From IMG/VR virus record IMGVR_UViG_2645727821_000016: DNA of 22,822 nucleotides; one strand, given 5' to 3'. The stretch's first letter is position 1, and each line of letters opens with the position of its first letter. A program made the position numbers and the translations under genes. Source of the DNA: a virus (taxonomy: Duplodnaviria > Heunggongvirae > Uroviricota > Caudoviricetes). This document shows, one piece after another, positions 7,948-15,546 of this stretch. The notes beneath the pieces were generated by a model. It was given only the letters and a program-made list of their open reading frames with translations. It had not been told where the DNA came from and did not search any database.

Positions 7948-9018
7948 ATGGCTAACGCCTGGCTCAGATTATGGCATGACATGCCAAATGACCCTAAGTG
8001 GCGAACAATTGCCAGGGTGTCAGGGCAGCCAATTGCAACAGTGATGGCAGTGTATATCCACCTCCTGGTGAGCGCGTCACGAAATGTCACGCGAGGTCAC
8101 ATTGATGTCACGACAGAAGATTTGGCAAGTGCGCTCGACGTGACAGAAGAGGTAATTGATTCAATTTTGCAGACGATGCAGGGGCGGGTACTTGATGGTG
8201 ATTTAATCACTGGATGGGAAAAACGCCAGGTGCTTAAAGAGGACAACGGCAATATTTCGCAAACCGCAAAATCTCCTGCAGAGCGCAAGAGGGCGCAGCG
8301 AGAGAGGGAAAGAAAGCGGGAACAAAATGGCGATTGTCACGGCGCGTCACGAAATGTCACGCACATGTCACGACGAGTCACGACAGATAAAGATACAGAT
8401 AAAGATACAGATCAAGAAGATCAAAACACTATGGTCCATGGCGTAAAAAACGCCACGAACCAGGCAGGGGATGTTCAGACCGTCAATCTTGGTCAGCCAG
8501 CAGGCACGACACCGGAAGCCGATTCAGCGTATGCGCTGAAAGCCGATTCGGGCGCTGTGCAGCAGGTGATGACCGCAAGGCCGGAGCAATCACACCAACT
8601 GCAGCAGCCCGAAGCCGATTCCGCCATTCAGCGGGAAGCCGATCGGGTAGTCCCGGAAAACACCGGGCAGTCTGTGGGACGAGTGGATTATCCGGATGTG
8701 TTCGAACAGGTCTGGCGGGAGTACCCGTTGCGTGCTGGGGCAAACCCGAAGAAATCCGCTTTCAGTGCCTGGAAGGCCAGATTACGCGAGGGGGTGCCAC
8801 CAGAGGCCATGCTGGATGGCGTGAGGCGTTACGCAAGATACTTGGCGGCTACCGGGAAAACGGGAACGGAATTTGTTCAGCGAGCGACGACGTTTTTTGG
8901 ACCGGACCGGAATTTTGAGAACCCCTGGTTGCTCCCGGTAAGCGGCACGAACAACCAGCGTTGTGTGAATCATATTTCTGAACCGGATAACGAAATTCCG
9001 CCGGGCTTCAGGGGGTAA
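7948..9018 (+). CDS. Replication initiation protein (lambda O-like organisation, with internal origin iterons)
   Basis: ATG at 7948 with GAGGTGAG upstream. The position after the cro/cII-like genes fits a replication initiator, and the gene contains two clusters of helically phased GTCAC(G) repeats followed by an AT-rich tandem tract, the lambda O/ori arrangement. Confidence 0.7.
   Translation: MANAWLRLWHDMPNDPKWRTIARVSGQPIATVMAVYIHLLVSASRNVTRGHIDVTTEDLASALDVTEEVIDSILQTMQGRVLDGDLITGWEKRQVLKEDNGNISQTAKSPAERKRAQRERERKREQNGDCHGASRNVTHMSRRVTTDKDTDKDTDQEDQNTMVHGVKNATNQAGDVQTVNLGQPAGTTPEADSAYALKADSGAVQQVMTARPEQSHQLQQPEADSAIQREADRVVPENTGQSVGRVDYPDVFEQVWREYPLRAGANPKKSAFSAWKARLREGVPPEAMLDGVRRYARYLAATGKTGTEFVQRATTFFGPDRNFENPWLLPVSGTNNQRCVNHISEPDNEIPPGFRG
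8076..8112. repeat. Iteron-like cluster 1 (4 x GTCAC at about 10-bp phasing)
   Basis: GTCAC at 8076, 8086, 8096 and 8107; an inverted copy cgtgac at 8138-8143. Confidence 0.55.
8336..8425. repeat. Candidate origin of replication: iteron cluster 2 (5 x GTCAC at 10-11 bp phasing) plus AT-rich tandem gataaagataca repeat
   Basis: GTCAC at 8336, 8346, 8356, 8367 and 8377, immediately followed by gataaagatacagataaagatacagatcaagaagatcaaaaca. The 20-mer cgcgtcacgaaatgtcacgc occurs in both clusters. Confidence 0.6.
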
Positions 9019-9058
9019 GTGTTAATTTCTGGTCATGAGGTAATTTTCAGGAGGGCTT

Positions 9059-9481
9059 GTGGCAAAAGTTTTTACACAAGAAGAGCGGGAAAAAATTAAA
9101 GGACAGGTTGTTGAACTCGTACGCCAGAGTGGGCGTGAGACGTTACGGCAACTGGAAGTCAAGACAGGTGCGACAAGATATCTGATGAGCGTTCTCGCAA
9201 GAGAGCTGGTTGCCAGCGGCGATGTATGCAACTCTGGTTACGGGTTATTCCCGTCTGAACAGGCGCGTAAGGACTGGCAAAATGCCCGTAAAAAGCTCTC
9301 AAGGGCAAAGCTGAAGAAACCATCTGCGGTTGATCCGGACCTTATCTGGTCATTACCTGACGGAGAAATACGTCGCTACGACAGGCGTCAGAACATAATC
9401 TGTCGCGAGTGCCGGAAGAGTGAAGTTATGCAGCGCATATTGTCGTTTTATCAGGGTGATGTTCGGTATTTATTGAAGTGA
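9059..9481 (+). CDS. Hypothetical protein (replication-module associated)
   Basis: 140-aa ORF starting at GTG 9059 with AGGAGGG 3-5 nt upstream; basic; no recognisable motif. It occupies the slot where lambdoid phages carry a helicase loader but is too short to be one. Confidence 0.5.
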   Translation: MAKVFTQEEREKIKGQVVELVRQSGRETLRQLEVKTGATRYLMSVLARELVASGDVCNSGYGLFPSEQARKDWQNARKKLSRAKLKKPSAVDPDLIWSLPDGEIRRYDRRQNIICRECRKSEVMQRILSFYQGDVRYLLK

Positions 9482-9607
9482 CGAGATTAAAGTGCATTAG
9501 TTCAGATGCAAATTGACATTTTGTGGCACAGGGTAGAGCTAGCGTGGTTGTCCGCTTTGTGCCAATAGCGGACATTGCTGGCTCATGGTATGTTAGTTTA
9601 AGGAGGC

Positions 9608-9639
9608 AGGTTATGCTCTGTATTTCGCTGTGGTATAAT
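9608..9639 (+). promoter_or_regulatory. Candidate promoter with extended -10 (TGgTATAAT) for the AT-rich cassette
   Basis: tggtataat at 9631-9639 is a perfect TATAAT with an upstream TG; a weak -35-like TTATGC lies 17 bp upstream. If the ATG at 9613 is the true start, this element would be intragenic. Confidence 0.35.
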
Positions 9640-10635
9640 AGTTGCGCAATTGATACAAGGGAGCGTTACATCGTGAAAATTGTTTTCGAGGTTAATGGAA
9701 AGAAAGTTCCACTAAAATCTTTAAAATACATAAGCAAAAAAGATCAACTCGAAGTAATGAAAAACTGGTTCTTTGAAAACTTTGAAGATCCGGCAAATGC
9801 TTGTCCGTATGAAAGTAGAGAAGGTGGCTATGCTTACATATATGGCGGGCCGTATGATGCGAGCGAAGAACTACAATCCATCTTCGGTCAATATGTTAAA
9901 TCTGAGTATATTGAGGAATTAGTAGATGAATTACAAACACAATGTTTTGACTGGTCTGGAAACTCAAATAATATAGATGATTGGTACGATGATGATATCT
10001 ACGACGCTGTAACGTCTTCCGGTAATCCGTATTTAAAATTCATTGATAATATCGATAAAATAAAAAAACTTGCAAAAGATAAAACTGAACAACAGCAAAA
10101 AAACCACTTGCTTAGTTTGCTCTACACGAATGTTATTACAGCTTTGGAAACGCTTTATGTTGAGCTATTCATTAATTCTATAGAGAAAGATGATGTCTAC
10201 ATAGCCAATTGTATAGAAAAAGGTAAGACTGAATTTAAAGTAAGCAAAGATATTGCTGCGTTGCCTTTCAAGGGTGAACCCATCGAGAAAATTAGGGGAG
10301 AGCTAATCAGGTCAATCAAGGAACACTTGATCAGTGCAAGCTGGCATAGCACTAAAAAGGTAATCGACCGCTATGAAGCTACATTCGATATAAAAGTACA
10401 AAAAGACTGTCCGATAGAAGCTATTGAATTGGCAACCCTCAATCGAAATCACTTAGTGCATCGTGGTGGAAAGGATAAAGAAGGGAACCTCGTAGTGATT
10501 ACAGACCAGGATCTTGAAACGCTGATTGAAAATGCATCGAACCTGGCAATTATGCTCTACAACAGTTTAAATGTAGCAACGAATAAAACCACCATTTTGC
10601 AACCAGATGACAAACCGTTCATTCATGAATTTTAA
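9613..10635 (+). CDS. AT-rich cassette gene A: hypothetical protein with no assignable function (candidate defence/abortive-infection component)
   Basis: Long ORF with strongly AT-biased codon usage, unlike its neighbours. Start is ambiguous: ATG 9613 with AGGAGG 6 nt upstream, or GTG 9673 with AAGGGAG 9 nt upstream, or the track's 9523. A single R-x4-H (RNHLVH) lies near the C-terminus. Confidence 0.7.
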   Translation: MLCISLWYNSCAIDTRERYIVKIVFEVNGKKVPLKSLKYISKKDQLEVMKNWFFENFEDPANACPYESREGGYAYIYGGPYDASEELQSIFGQYVKSEYIEELVDELQTQCFDWSGNSNNIDDWYDDDIYDAVTSSGNPYLKFIDNIDKIKKLAKDKTEQQQKNHLLSLLYTNVITALETLYVELFINSIEKDDVYIANCIEKGKTEFKVSKDIAALPFKGEPIEKIRGELIRSIKEHLISASWHSTKKVIDRYEATFDIKVQKDCPIEAIELATLNRNHLVHRGGKDKEGNLVVITDQDLETLIENASNLAIMLYNSLNVATNKTTILQPDDKPFIHEF

Positions 10636-10650
10636 TAGCGCAGGTCATAC

Positions 10651-11652
10651 ATGGATATTCGCACACGAAAGACAAAATTTTTAGAGTCGTTAGATTCAAC
10701 TGAAGTGATACGCAAAGCAGTAAGTCTCGCTATAGATTGCATTATTGATAATCATAATAGTAATGAAGATACCCCCTTAGTTATTACCAGCTATGATGAT
10801 CTCTGTAGAATCCAGGTGCTAAATTATGTACAGGAGTTTTGCGAAGCTGCATTCCCTGATATGGATGAATATTACTTTAGTCCTAACATACTTCGCATCA
10901 ACGGCAAGACTAGTGAAGAAGCTTGTATTAACTTAATTAAACTCTTAAGAAGTACAAAAGGCATGCTATTCTGGTCCGATGCCCCATCGTGGTTCGCTAG
11001 CCTCCCCGACGGATTATTCCATGTTGTTAACATTGATCAAAAAATCGTTACTCGCGGCCTTAATAAGAAAAACTCTAAGCCGACAATAATCAATAAAGAT
11101 TACAGTGTAGATACACTACTATCAGAGCTATTTTTGAATGGCGCACACATGGAGCAACCCAACGTACACAACGTTTCTGAGGGAAACATGAAGTTCTATG
11201 ATGAATGCCATGCTGGATTAATCAGACCAATACCCGCTCCAATAGGCGCGTCATACGATGAAGAGATCACAATTAATTCTCCAGATTGGCAAAAGCTCGC
11301 GTGTGTAGCTTTACGCCGCTATCAGTCGAAGGAATGTCATGACGGAATGCAATGGGATACAACCGATCATGGTTGGACTGATGTAATCGCGTATCCATTC
11401 GTCGAAGAAATACAATCAATGGATAATAGTGGTTATCGACAATGTTTAGTTGGGCTGGTCACAATAAACAATTCAAATGCAAATTCTCCGTACCTATCTA
11501 CCGTTTGGATACATCCATTTTATCGCAGGAGAGGGTTATTAAGTAAGTTATGGCCAAAATTACAAGAGTTATATGGAAGTAACTTCGAAATTGAGCGACC
11601 TAATGAAAATATGAAAGCATTTCTGAAAAGTGCGAAACACGCAGATTACTAA
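10651..11652 (+). CDS. AT-rich cassette gene B: hypothetical protein with C-terminal GNAT-like (acetyltransferase motif A-like) segment
   Basis: 333-aa ORF, 15 bp downstream of gene A, on the same strand with the same AT-rich composition. The C-terminus reads ...CLVGLVTINNSN...YLSTVWIHPFYRRRGLLSKLWPKL, resembling the GNAT beta4-alpha3 acetyl-CoA-binding loop. Confidence 0.8.
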   Translation: MDIRTRKTKFLESLDSTEVIRKAVSLAIDCIIDNHNSNEDTPLVITSYDDLCRIQVLNYVQEFCEAAFPDMDEYYFSPNILRINGKTSEEACINLIKLLRSTKGMLFWSDAPSWFASLPDGLFHVVNIDQKIVTRGLNKKNSKPTIINKDYSVDTLLSELFLNGAHMEQPNVHNVSEGNMKFYDECHAGLIRPIPAPIGASYDEEITINSPDWQKLACVALRRYQSKECHDGMQWDTTDHGWTDVIAYPFVEEIQSMDNSGYRQCLVGLVTINNSNANSPYLSTVWIHPFYRRRGLLSKLWPKLQELYGSNFEIERPNENMKAFLKSAKHADY

Positions 11653-12059
11653 TTTATGAATCAGTCTGTGGAGTTAGGGTTGGTGTCAACAAGTAGGGTA
11701 AGAGCCTCAACGTGATGCTATGCCGACCTGCTCCCTGAGAATTCACACAGAAGGCTGCTAGCAATGTCTGCAGATCGCTCAAAGCGGACTAGAAGGTTAG
11801 CTTGCGTCGGACTTGGCGTATTTAAAGAAGTGCTGGTGGTGACTGGTTGTTGTGTTCCATTTCTACAGAACAAAATCACAGAAACTATACCCAATAGTTA
11901 TATTGAATCAATGATGAGACAGCCTCATATTTATCAGAACTGGTGTACGTCCAATACAGGAGGTTGTCGTGCTGGTTCTCAAATGTGCGCTAGCTATTGC
12001 GGCTGTAATGGCAATTTATTGTCTTGCTGTTGTTCTTATGGATCGCCTTTCTGATTGAT

Positions 12060-12269
12060 TTTATATTGGCGAGGTGACGGGAGTTAAGTAGAATTGCTGC
12101 GGGTGCTTGAGGCTATCTGCCTCAGGCATGAACACCAAAGGCAGATAGAGAAAAGCCCCAGTTAATATTACGCGTCCTGCAAGACGCTTAACATTAATCT
12201 GAGGCTCAATCTATGAACGGCAAATCTAGGTTAGCCTCTTACGTGCCGAAAGGCAAGGAGAAGCAGGCT
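12060..12269 (+). promoter_or_regulatory. hok mRNA leader region (probable location of antisense Sok-type RNA and an upstream overlapping frame)
   Basis: Structured leader upstream of hok: hairpin tgagg-ctatctg-cctca and a complementary aaaggcagatagag segment. The 5' segment gaggtgacggg (12071-12081) is partly complementary to the hairpin flank ccctcgccacctc (12447-12459) downstream of hok, fbi/tac-like. An in-frame upstream start at 12213 extends the frame to 70 codons. Confidence 0.35.
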
Positions 12270-12425
12270 ATGAAGCAGCAAAAGGCGATGTTAATCGCCC
12301 TGATCGTCATCTGTTTAACCGTCATAGTGACGGCACTGGTAACGAGGAAAGACCTCTGCGAGGTACGAATCCGAACCGGCCAGACGGAGGTCGCTGTCTT
12401 CACAGTTTACGAACCTGAGGAGTAA
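12270..12425 (+). CDS. hok: Hok/Gef-family type I toxin (HokD/RelF-like), 51 aa
   Basis: ATG at 12270 with AAGGAG at 12255-12260. The product MKQQKAMLIALIVICLTVIVTALVTRKDLCEVRIRTGQTEVAVFTVYEPEE has the single transmembrane helix and conserved Cys/Glu tail of Hok-family toxins. Confidence 0.85.
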   Translation: MKQQKAMLIALIVICLTVIVTALVTRKDLCEVRIRTGQTEVAVFTVYEPEE

Positions 12426-12432
12426 GAGACCC

Positions 12433-12454
12433 GGCGAGGGAGAAATCCCTCGCC
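12433..12454 (+). other. Perfect 9-bp hairpin at the hok 3' end (fbi-like fold-back element)
   Basis: ggcgaggga-gaaa-tccctcgcc with no U-tract after it; consistent with the hok mRNA 3' fold-back element rather than a terminator. Confidence 0.4.
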
Positions 12455-12493
12455 ACCTCTGATGTGTCAGGCATCCTCAACGCACCCGCACGT

Positions 12494-12520
12494 AACCCGC
12501 TTCGGCGGGTTTTGTTTTTT
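12494..12520 (+). terminator. Rho-independent terminator downstream of hok
   Basis: aacccgc-ttcg-gcgggtt followed by ttgtttttt. Confidence 0.6.
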
Positions 12521-12592
12521 CCTGGCATTCTGGTTTACAATTCGCACGCCAGCCTGAACAACTGGCACCTGCTGCGCCAGCAGAGACAACCG

Positions 12593-12871
12593 ATGGCGCA
12601 CGATACCAAATTACACAATTCTGATGATTCTGCCGTCTTTGCCAGCAGGCACGGGCGGCGTTCCCGCACTTTCAAATCTGACTGGTTCCAGCATCCCCCA
12701 TGCACTGAAGAACAGGCCGAGTGGCTAATTCAGTGCTACCGCAGACACGGATACGAGATTAAGAAAGCCCTCAGCCTCGATTATCGTCACTGGATAATCT
12801 CCGTCAGGCTTCCTTACTCCGAACGATCACCGCGTCCGTCCCGCACATTCCAGCAACGCATCTGGAGGTAA
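12593..12871 (+). CDS. Hypothetical nin-region protein
   Basis: The track ORF begins at 12464, but that start would place the terminator inside the coding sequence, so the internal ATG at 12593 is preferred. Its stop lies 2 nt before the GTG start of the next gene. Confidence 0.45.
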   Translation: MAHDTKLHNSDDSAVFASRHGRRSRTFKSDWFQHPPCTEEQAEWLIQCYRRHGYEIKKALSLDYRHWIISVRLPYSERSPRPSRTFQQRIWR

Positions 12872-12872
12872 C

Positions 12873-13919
12873 GTGCGAGTATTACTTCGACCTGTTCTGG
12901 TACCGGAACTCGGGCTGGTGATCGTTAAGCCGGGCCGTGAATCCATGCCGGTATTCCACAATACCCGGGTACTGGTGGAGCCGGAACCGAAAAGCATGCG
13001 TAATCTGCCGTCCGGGGTTGTTCCTGCCGTTCGCCAGCCGCTAGTGGAAGACAAAACATTGCTGCCGTTTTTCAGTAACGCACGGGTGATTCGTGCTGCT
13101 GGTGGTGCTGGTGCATTGTCTGACTGGCTGTTGCGCCATATTAAATCCTGCCAGTGGCCACACGGCGATTATCATCACAGCGAAACCGTCATTCACCGTT
13201 ATGGTACCGGCGCAATGGTGTTGTGCTGGCACTGCGACAACCAGCTGCGTGACCAGACATCCGAATCACTCGAGCAACTTGCTCATCAAAACCTGTCAGC
13301 ATGGATGATTGACGTCATACTCCATGCAATGAATGGCTCGCAGGAACGGGAATTATCGCTGGCTGAATTATCCTGGTGGGCGGTCCGCAATCAGGTGGCG
13401 GACGCGCTACCGGAAGCGGTATTACGTCGTTCGCTGGGGTTGCGTGCGGAAAAAATCCGCTCAATGTACCGTGAAAGCGACATCGTACCGGGAGAGCAGA
13501 CCGCCACCAGCATACTGAAGCAGCGCACAAAAAATCTTGCGCCGCTGCCTCACGCCCACCAGCAAAACCCGCCACAGGAAGAGACGGTGGTCAGCATTGC
13601 CGTTGATCCTGAGTCTCCGGAATCTTTCATGAAACGACCTAAACGTCGCCGCTGGGTTAACGAGAAATACACACGCTGGGTGAAGACACAGCCGTGTGCG
13701 TGTTGTGGTAAGCCAGCCGACGATCCCCATCACCTGATTGGTCATGGTCAGGGCGGAATGGGGACAAAATCTCACGATATTTTCACGCTACCGCTGTGTC
13801 GGGAGCATCACAACGAGCTTCATGCGGATCCTCTGGCGTTCGAAGAAAAGCATGGTTCTCAGGTTGATTTAATTTTTCGTTTTCTTGATCACGCCTTTGC
13901 AACTGGCGTGCTTGGGTAA
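12873..13919 (+). CDS. DUF968-like nin-region protein with C-terminal Cys/His (HNH-like) motif
   Basis: GTG start at 12873 with TGGAGG 5 nt upstream. The C-terminus reads PCACCGKPADDPHHLIGHGQGGMGTKSHDIFTLPLCREHHNELH, a zinc-binding HNH-like signature. The DUF968 naming is by recall. Confidence 0.75.
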   Translation: MRVLLRPVLVPELGLVIVKPGRESMPVFHNTRVLVEPEPKSMRNLPSGVVPAVRQPLVEDKTLLPFFSNARVIRAAGGAGALSDWLLRHIKSCQWPHGDYHHSETVIHRYGTGAMVLCWHCDNQLRDQTSESLEQLAHQNLSAWMIDVILHAMNGSQERELSLAELSWWAVRNQVADALPEAVLRRSLGLRAEKIRSMYRESDIVPGEQTATSILKQRTKNLAPLPHAHQQNPPQEETVVSIAVDPESPESFMKRPKRRRWVNEKYTRWVKTQPCACCGKPADDPHHLIGHGQGGMGTKSHDIFTLPLCREHHNELHADPLAFEEKHGSQVDLIFRFLDHAFATGVLG

Positions 13920-13931
13920 AAGAGGTGACTG

Positions 13932-14306
13932 ATGCTCATAGATTTGGTTTTACCTTACCCGCCGACGGTGAACACTTACTGGCGACGCCGTGGCAGCACA
14001 TATTTTATCTCGGAGGAGGGAAAGCGTTATCGCCGGGCTGTGGCGCTTATTGTTCGCCAGCAGCGGCTGAAATTAAGCCTGTCCGGAAGGCTGGCGATAA
14101 AGGTGATTGCAGAGCCACCGGATAAGCGTCGTCGCGACCTGGACAATATCCTGAAAGCACCGCTGGATGCGCTGACGCATGCGGGAGTGTTAATGGACGA
14201 TGAGCAGTTTGATGAAATCAATATCGTTCGTGGTCAGCCAGTATCTGGTGGACGTATGGGGGTGAAGATTTACCCCATAATGCATGAAGAGCAGGTCAAA
14301 AAATGA
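13932..14306 (+). CDS. rusA: Holliday junction resolvase RusA
   Basis: 124-aa protein with the RusA hallmarks LPYPPTVNTYWRRRG and DKRRRDLDNILKAPLDALTHAGVLMDDEQ, aligning to E. coli RusA by recall. Confidence 0.9.
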   Translation: MLIDLVLPYPPTVNTYWRRRGSTYFISEEGKRYRRAVALIVRQQRLKLSLSGRLAIKVIAEPPDKRRRDLDNILKAPLDALTHAGVLMDDEQFDEINIVRGQPVSGGRMGVKIYPIMHEEQVKK

Positions 14307-15124
14307 AACTGGAAGATTTACCGAAATACTACTCCCCAAAATCCCCTGGCCTGACCGATGCATCGGCCTCAACGTCAAAAGATGCGCTGAGTATCACTGA
14401 TGTGATGGCCGCGCAGGGCATGACACAGAATCGGGCTGAGATGGGGTTTTCTGCGTTCCTGGGGAAAATGGGCATCAGTATGAATGACAGGGCGCGGGCA
14501 ACAGAATTACTGGCAGATTATGCACTCAGTCGGTGCGATCGTGTGGCGGCGTTGAGAAAACTTCCGGCAGAAATAAAACCGGTAGTGATGCGCATTATGG
14601 CTTCGTATGCGTTTGAAGATTATGCCCGTAGCGCGGCGAGCAAAAAACAGTGCCCTTGCTGTCACGGAAAAAAATTTATTGAAAGCGAGGTTTTTACAAA
14701 CAAGATCCAGTATCCGGATGGTAAGCCACCAGTGTGGGCAAAGTGCACAAAAGGCGTGTATCCGTCTTACTGGGAAGAATGGAAAAAAGTCAGGGAGGTG
14801 GTAAAAGTTGCCTGTCCGGAGTGTGGCGGAAAGGGTGAGGTTTCCACCGCCTGTAAGGATTGCCGTGGGCGTGGTGTCGCCATTCATCGTGAAGAGTCGG
14901 TAAAACGTGGTATGCCTGTTATCAGAGATTGCCAGCGTTGTGGTGGTCGTGGCTGTGAAAGGCTGCCATCAACGGAGGCATTTAATGCCATATGCAAAGT
15001 GACGAGTGCTATCACGCTTGATACGTGGAAAAAATCAGTGAAACGCTTTTACGATACGTTGGTGGTTCGGTTTGACATTGAAGAGGCATGGGCGGAGCGG
15101 CAGTTAAAGAGGGTAACGCGATAG
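14303..15124 (+). CDS. Late-gene antitermination protein Q-like (zinc-finger-rich)
   Basis: Start overlaps the rusA stop (ATGA). Several CxxC pairs are present (CPCCHGKK, CPECGGKGE, CKDCRGRG, CQRCGGRG). It is the last nin-region gene and is followed directly by a pR'-like promoter and terminator. The Q family is inferred from position and recall. Confidence 0.65.
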   Translation: MKLEDLPKYYSPKSPGLTDASASTSKDALSITDVMAAQGMTQNRAEMGFSAFLGKMGISMNDRARATELLADYALSRCDRVAALRKLPAEIKPVVMRIMASYAFEDYARSAASKKQCPCCHGKKFIESEVFTNKIQYPDGKPPVWAKCTKGVYPSYWEEWKKVREVVKVACPECGGKGEVSTACKDCRGRGVAIHREESVKRGMPVIRDCQRCGGRGCERLPSTEAFNAICKVTSAITLDTWKKSVKRFYDTLVVRFDIEEAWAERQLKRVTR

Positions 15125-15129
15125 TGTTG

Positions 15130-15157
15130 TTGATTTTTCCCGAATCTGTGGTAAATT
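15130..15157 (+). promoter_or_regulatory. Candidate late promoter pR' (TTGATT - 16 nt - TGgTAAATT)
   Basis: -35 TTGATT at 15130-15135 and an extended -10 TGgTAAATT at 15149-15157, 6 bp after the Q-like stop. Lambda pR' has the same TTGACT/TAAATT architecture. Confidence 0.45.
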
Positions 15158-15206
15158 TGCTCTAACGATGGGCGTTTTATGCCTGACGTTAGAAGATTTT
15201 TTACAC

Positions 15207-15228
15207 CCCGCCGCCTGGCGGGTTTTTT
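15207..15228 (+). terminator. Rho-independent terminator (tR'-like) downstream of the candidate pR'
   Basis: cccgcc-gcct-ggcggg followed by tttttt. Confidence 0.55.
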
Positions 15229-15348
15229 ATGACTGAAATCGCGTCAGTACAGTAAACGCGCTGGTGGCGGTGAATACCTGTCTTTCAGCTTGCTGGCTTT
15301 TTCGACAAGAGTTATTGGTGTGTCACGTTAACCGGAAAAGGAAAAGAC

Positions 15349-15546
15349 ATGCTAAAACAGCAGGATATGACAGAAACCGCCAGAGTGGTGTTTAATGAAT
15401 TAAGCGTTACCGACCCGGCGACAGTCGGGGAGATAGCGCAGAATACTTACCTTTCACGCGAACGCTGCCAGTTAATACTGACTCAGCTGGTTATGGCGGG
15501 TCTGGCAGACTATCAGTTCGGTTGTTACAGACGCCTTCCGCAGTGA
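15349..15546 (+). CDS. Small hypothetical protein (possible winged-helix-like)
   Basis: 65-aa ORF with AAAGGAAAAG upstream of the ATG. It is followed by a perfect 12-bp inverted repeat (ggctggtgggtg ... cacccaccagcc) at about 15571-15602. Confidence 0.4.
   Translation: MLKQQDMTETARVVFNELSVTDPATVGEIAQNTYLSRERCQLILTQLVMAGLADYQFGCYRRLPQ

Noticed and set aside
8076-8425. GTCAC repeat clusters considered as a CRISPR array
   Set aside because: Repeats are 5-6 bp at 10-bp spacing inside a coding gene, with no 25-40 bp repeat/spacer periodicity; consistent with origin iterons, not CRISPR.
9523-9612. Track start (9523) for cassette gene A
   Set aside because: The extension lies in GC-normal sequence upstream of the composition step, overlaps promoter-like elements and has no ribosome-binding site.
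11764-12054. 96-aa Cys-rich ORF between cassette gene B and hok
   Set aside because: No convincing ribosome-binding site, and low-complexity Cys/Gly/Ser composition typical of a spurious frame; kept only as a remote possibility of a small Cys-rich peptide.
12464-12592. Upstream extension of the nin-region ORF (track start 12464)
   Set aside because: The extension would contain the rho-independent terminator at 12494-12520 and the hok 3' hairpin flank; the internal start at 12593 is more plausible.
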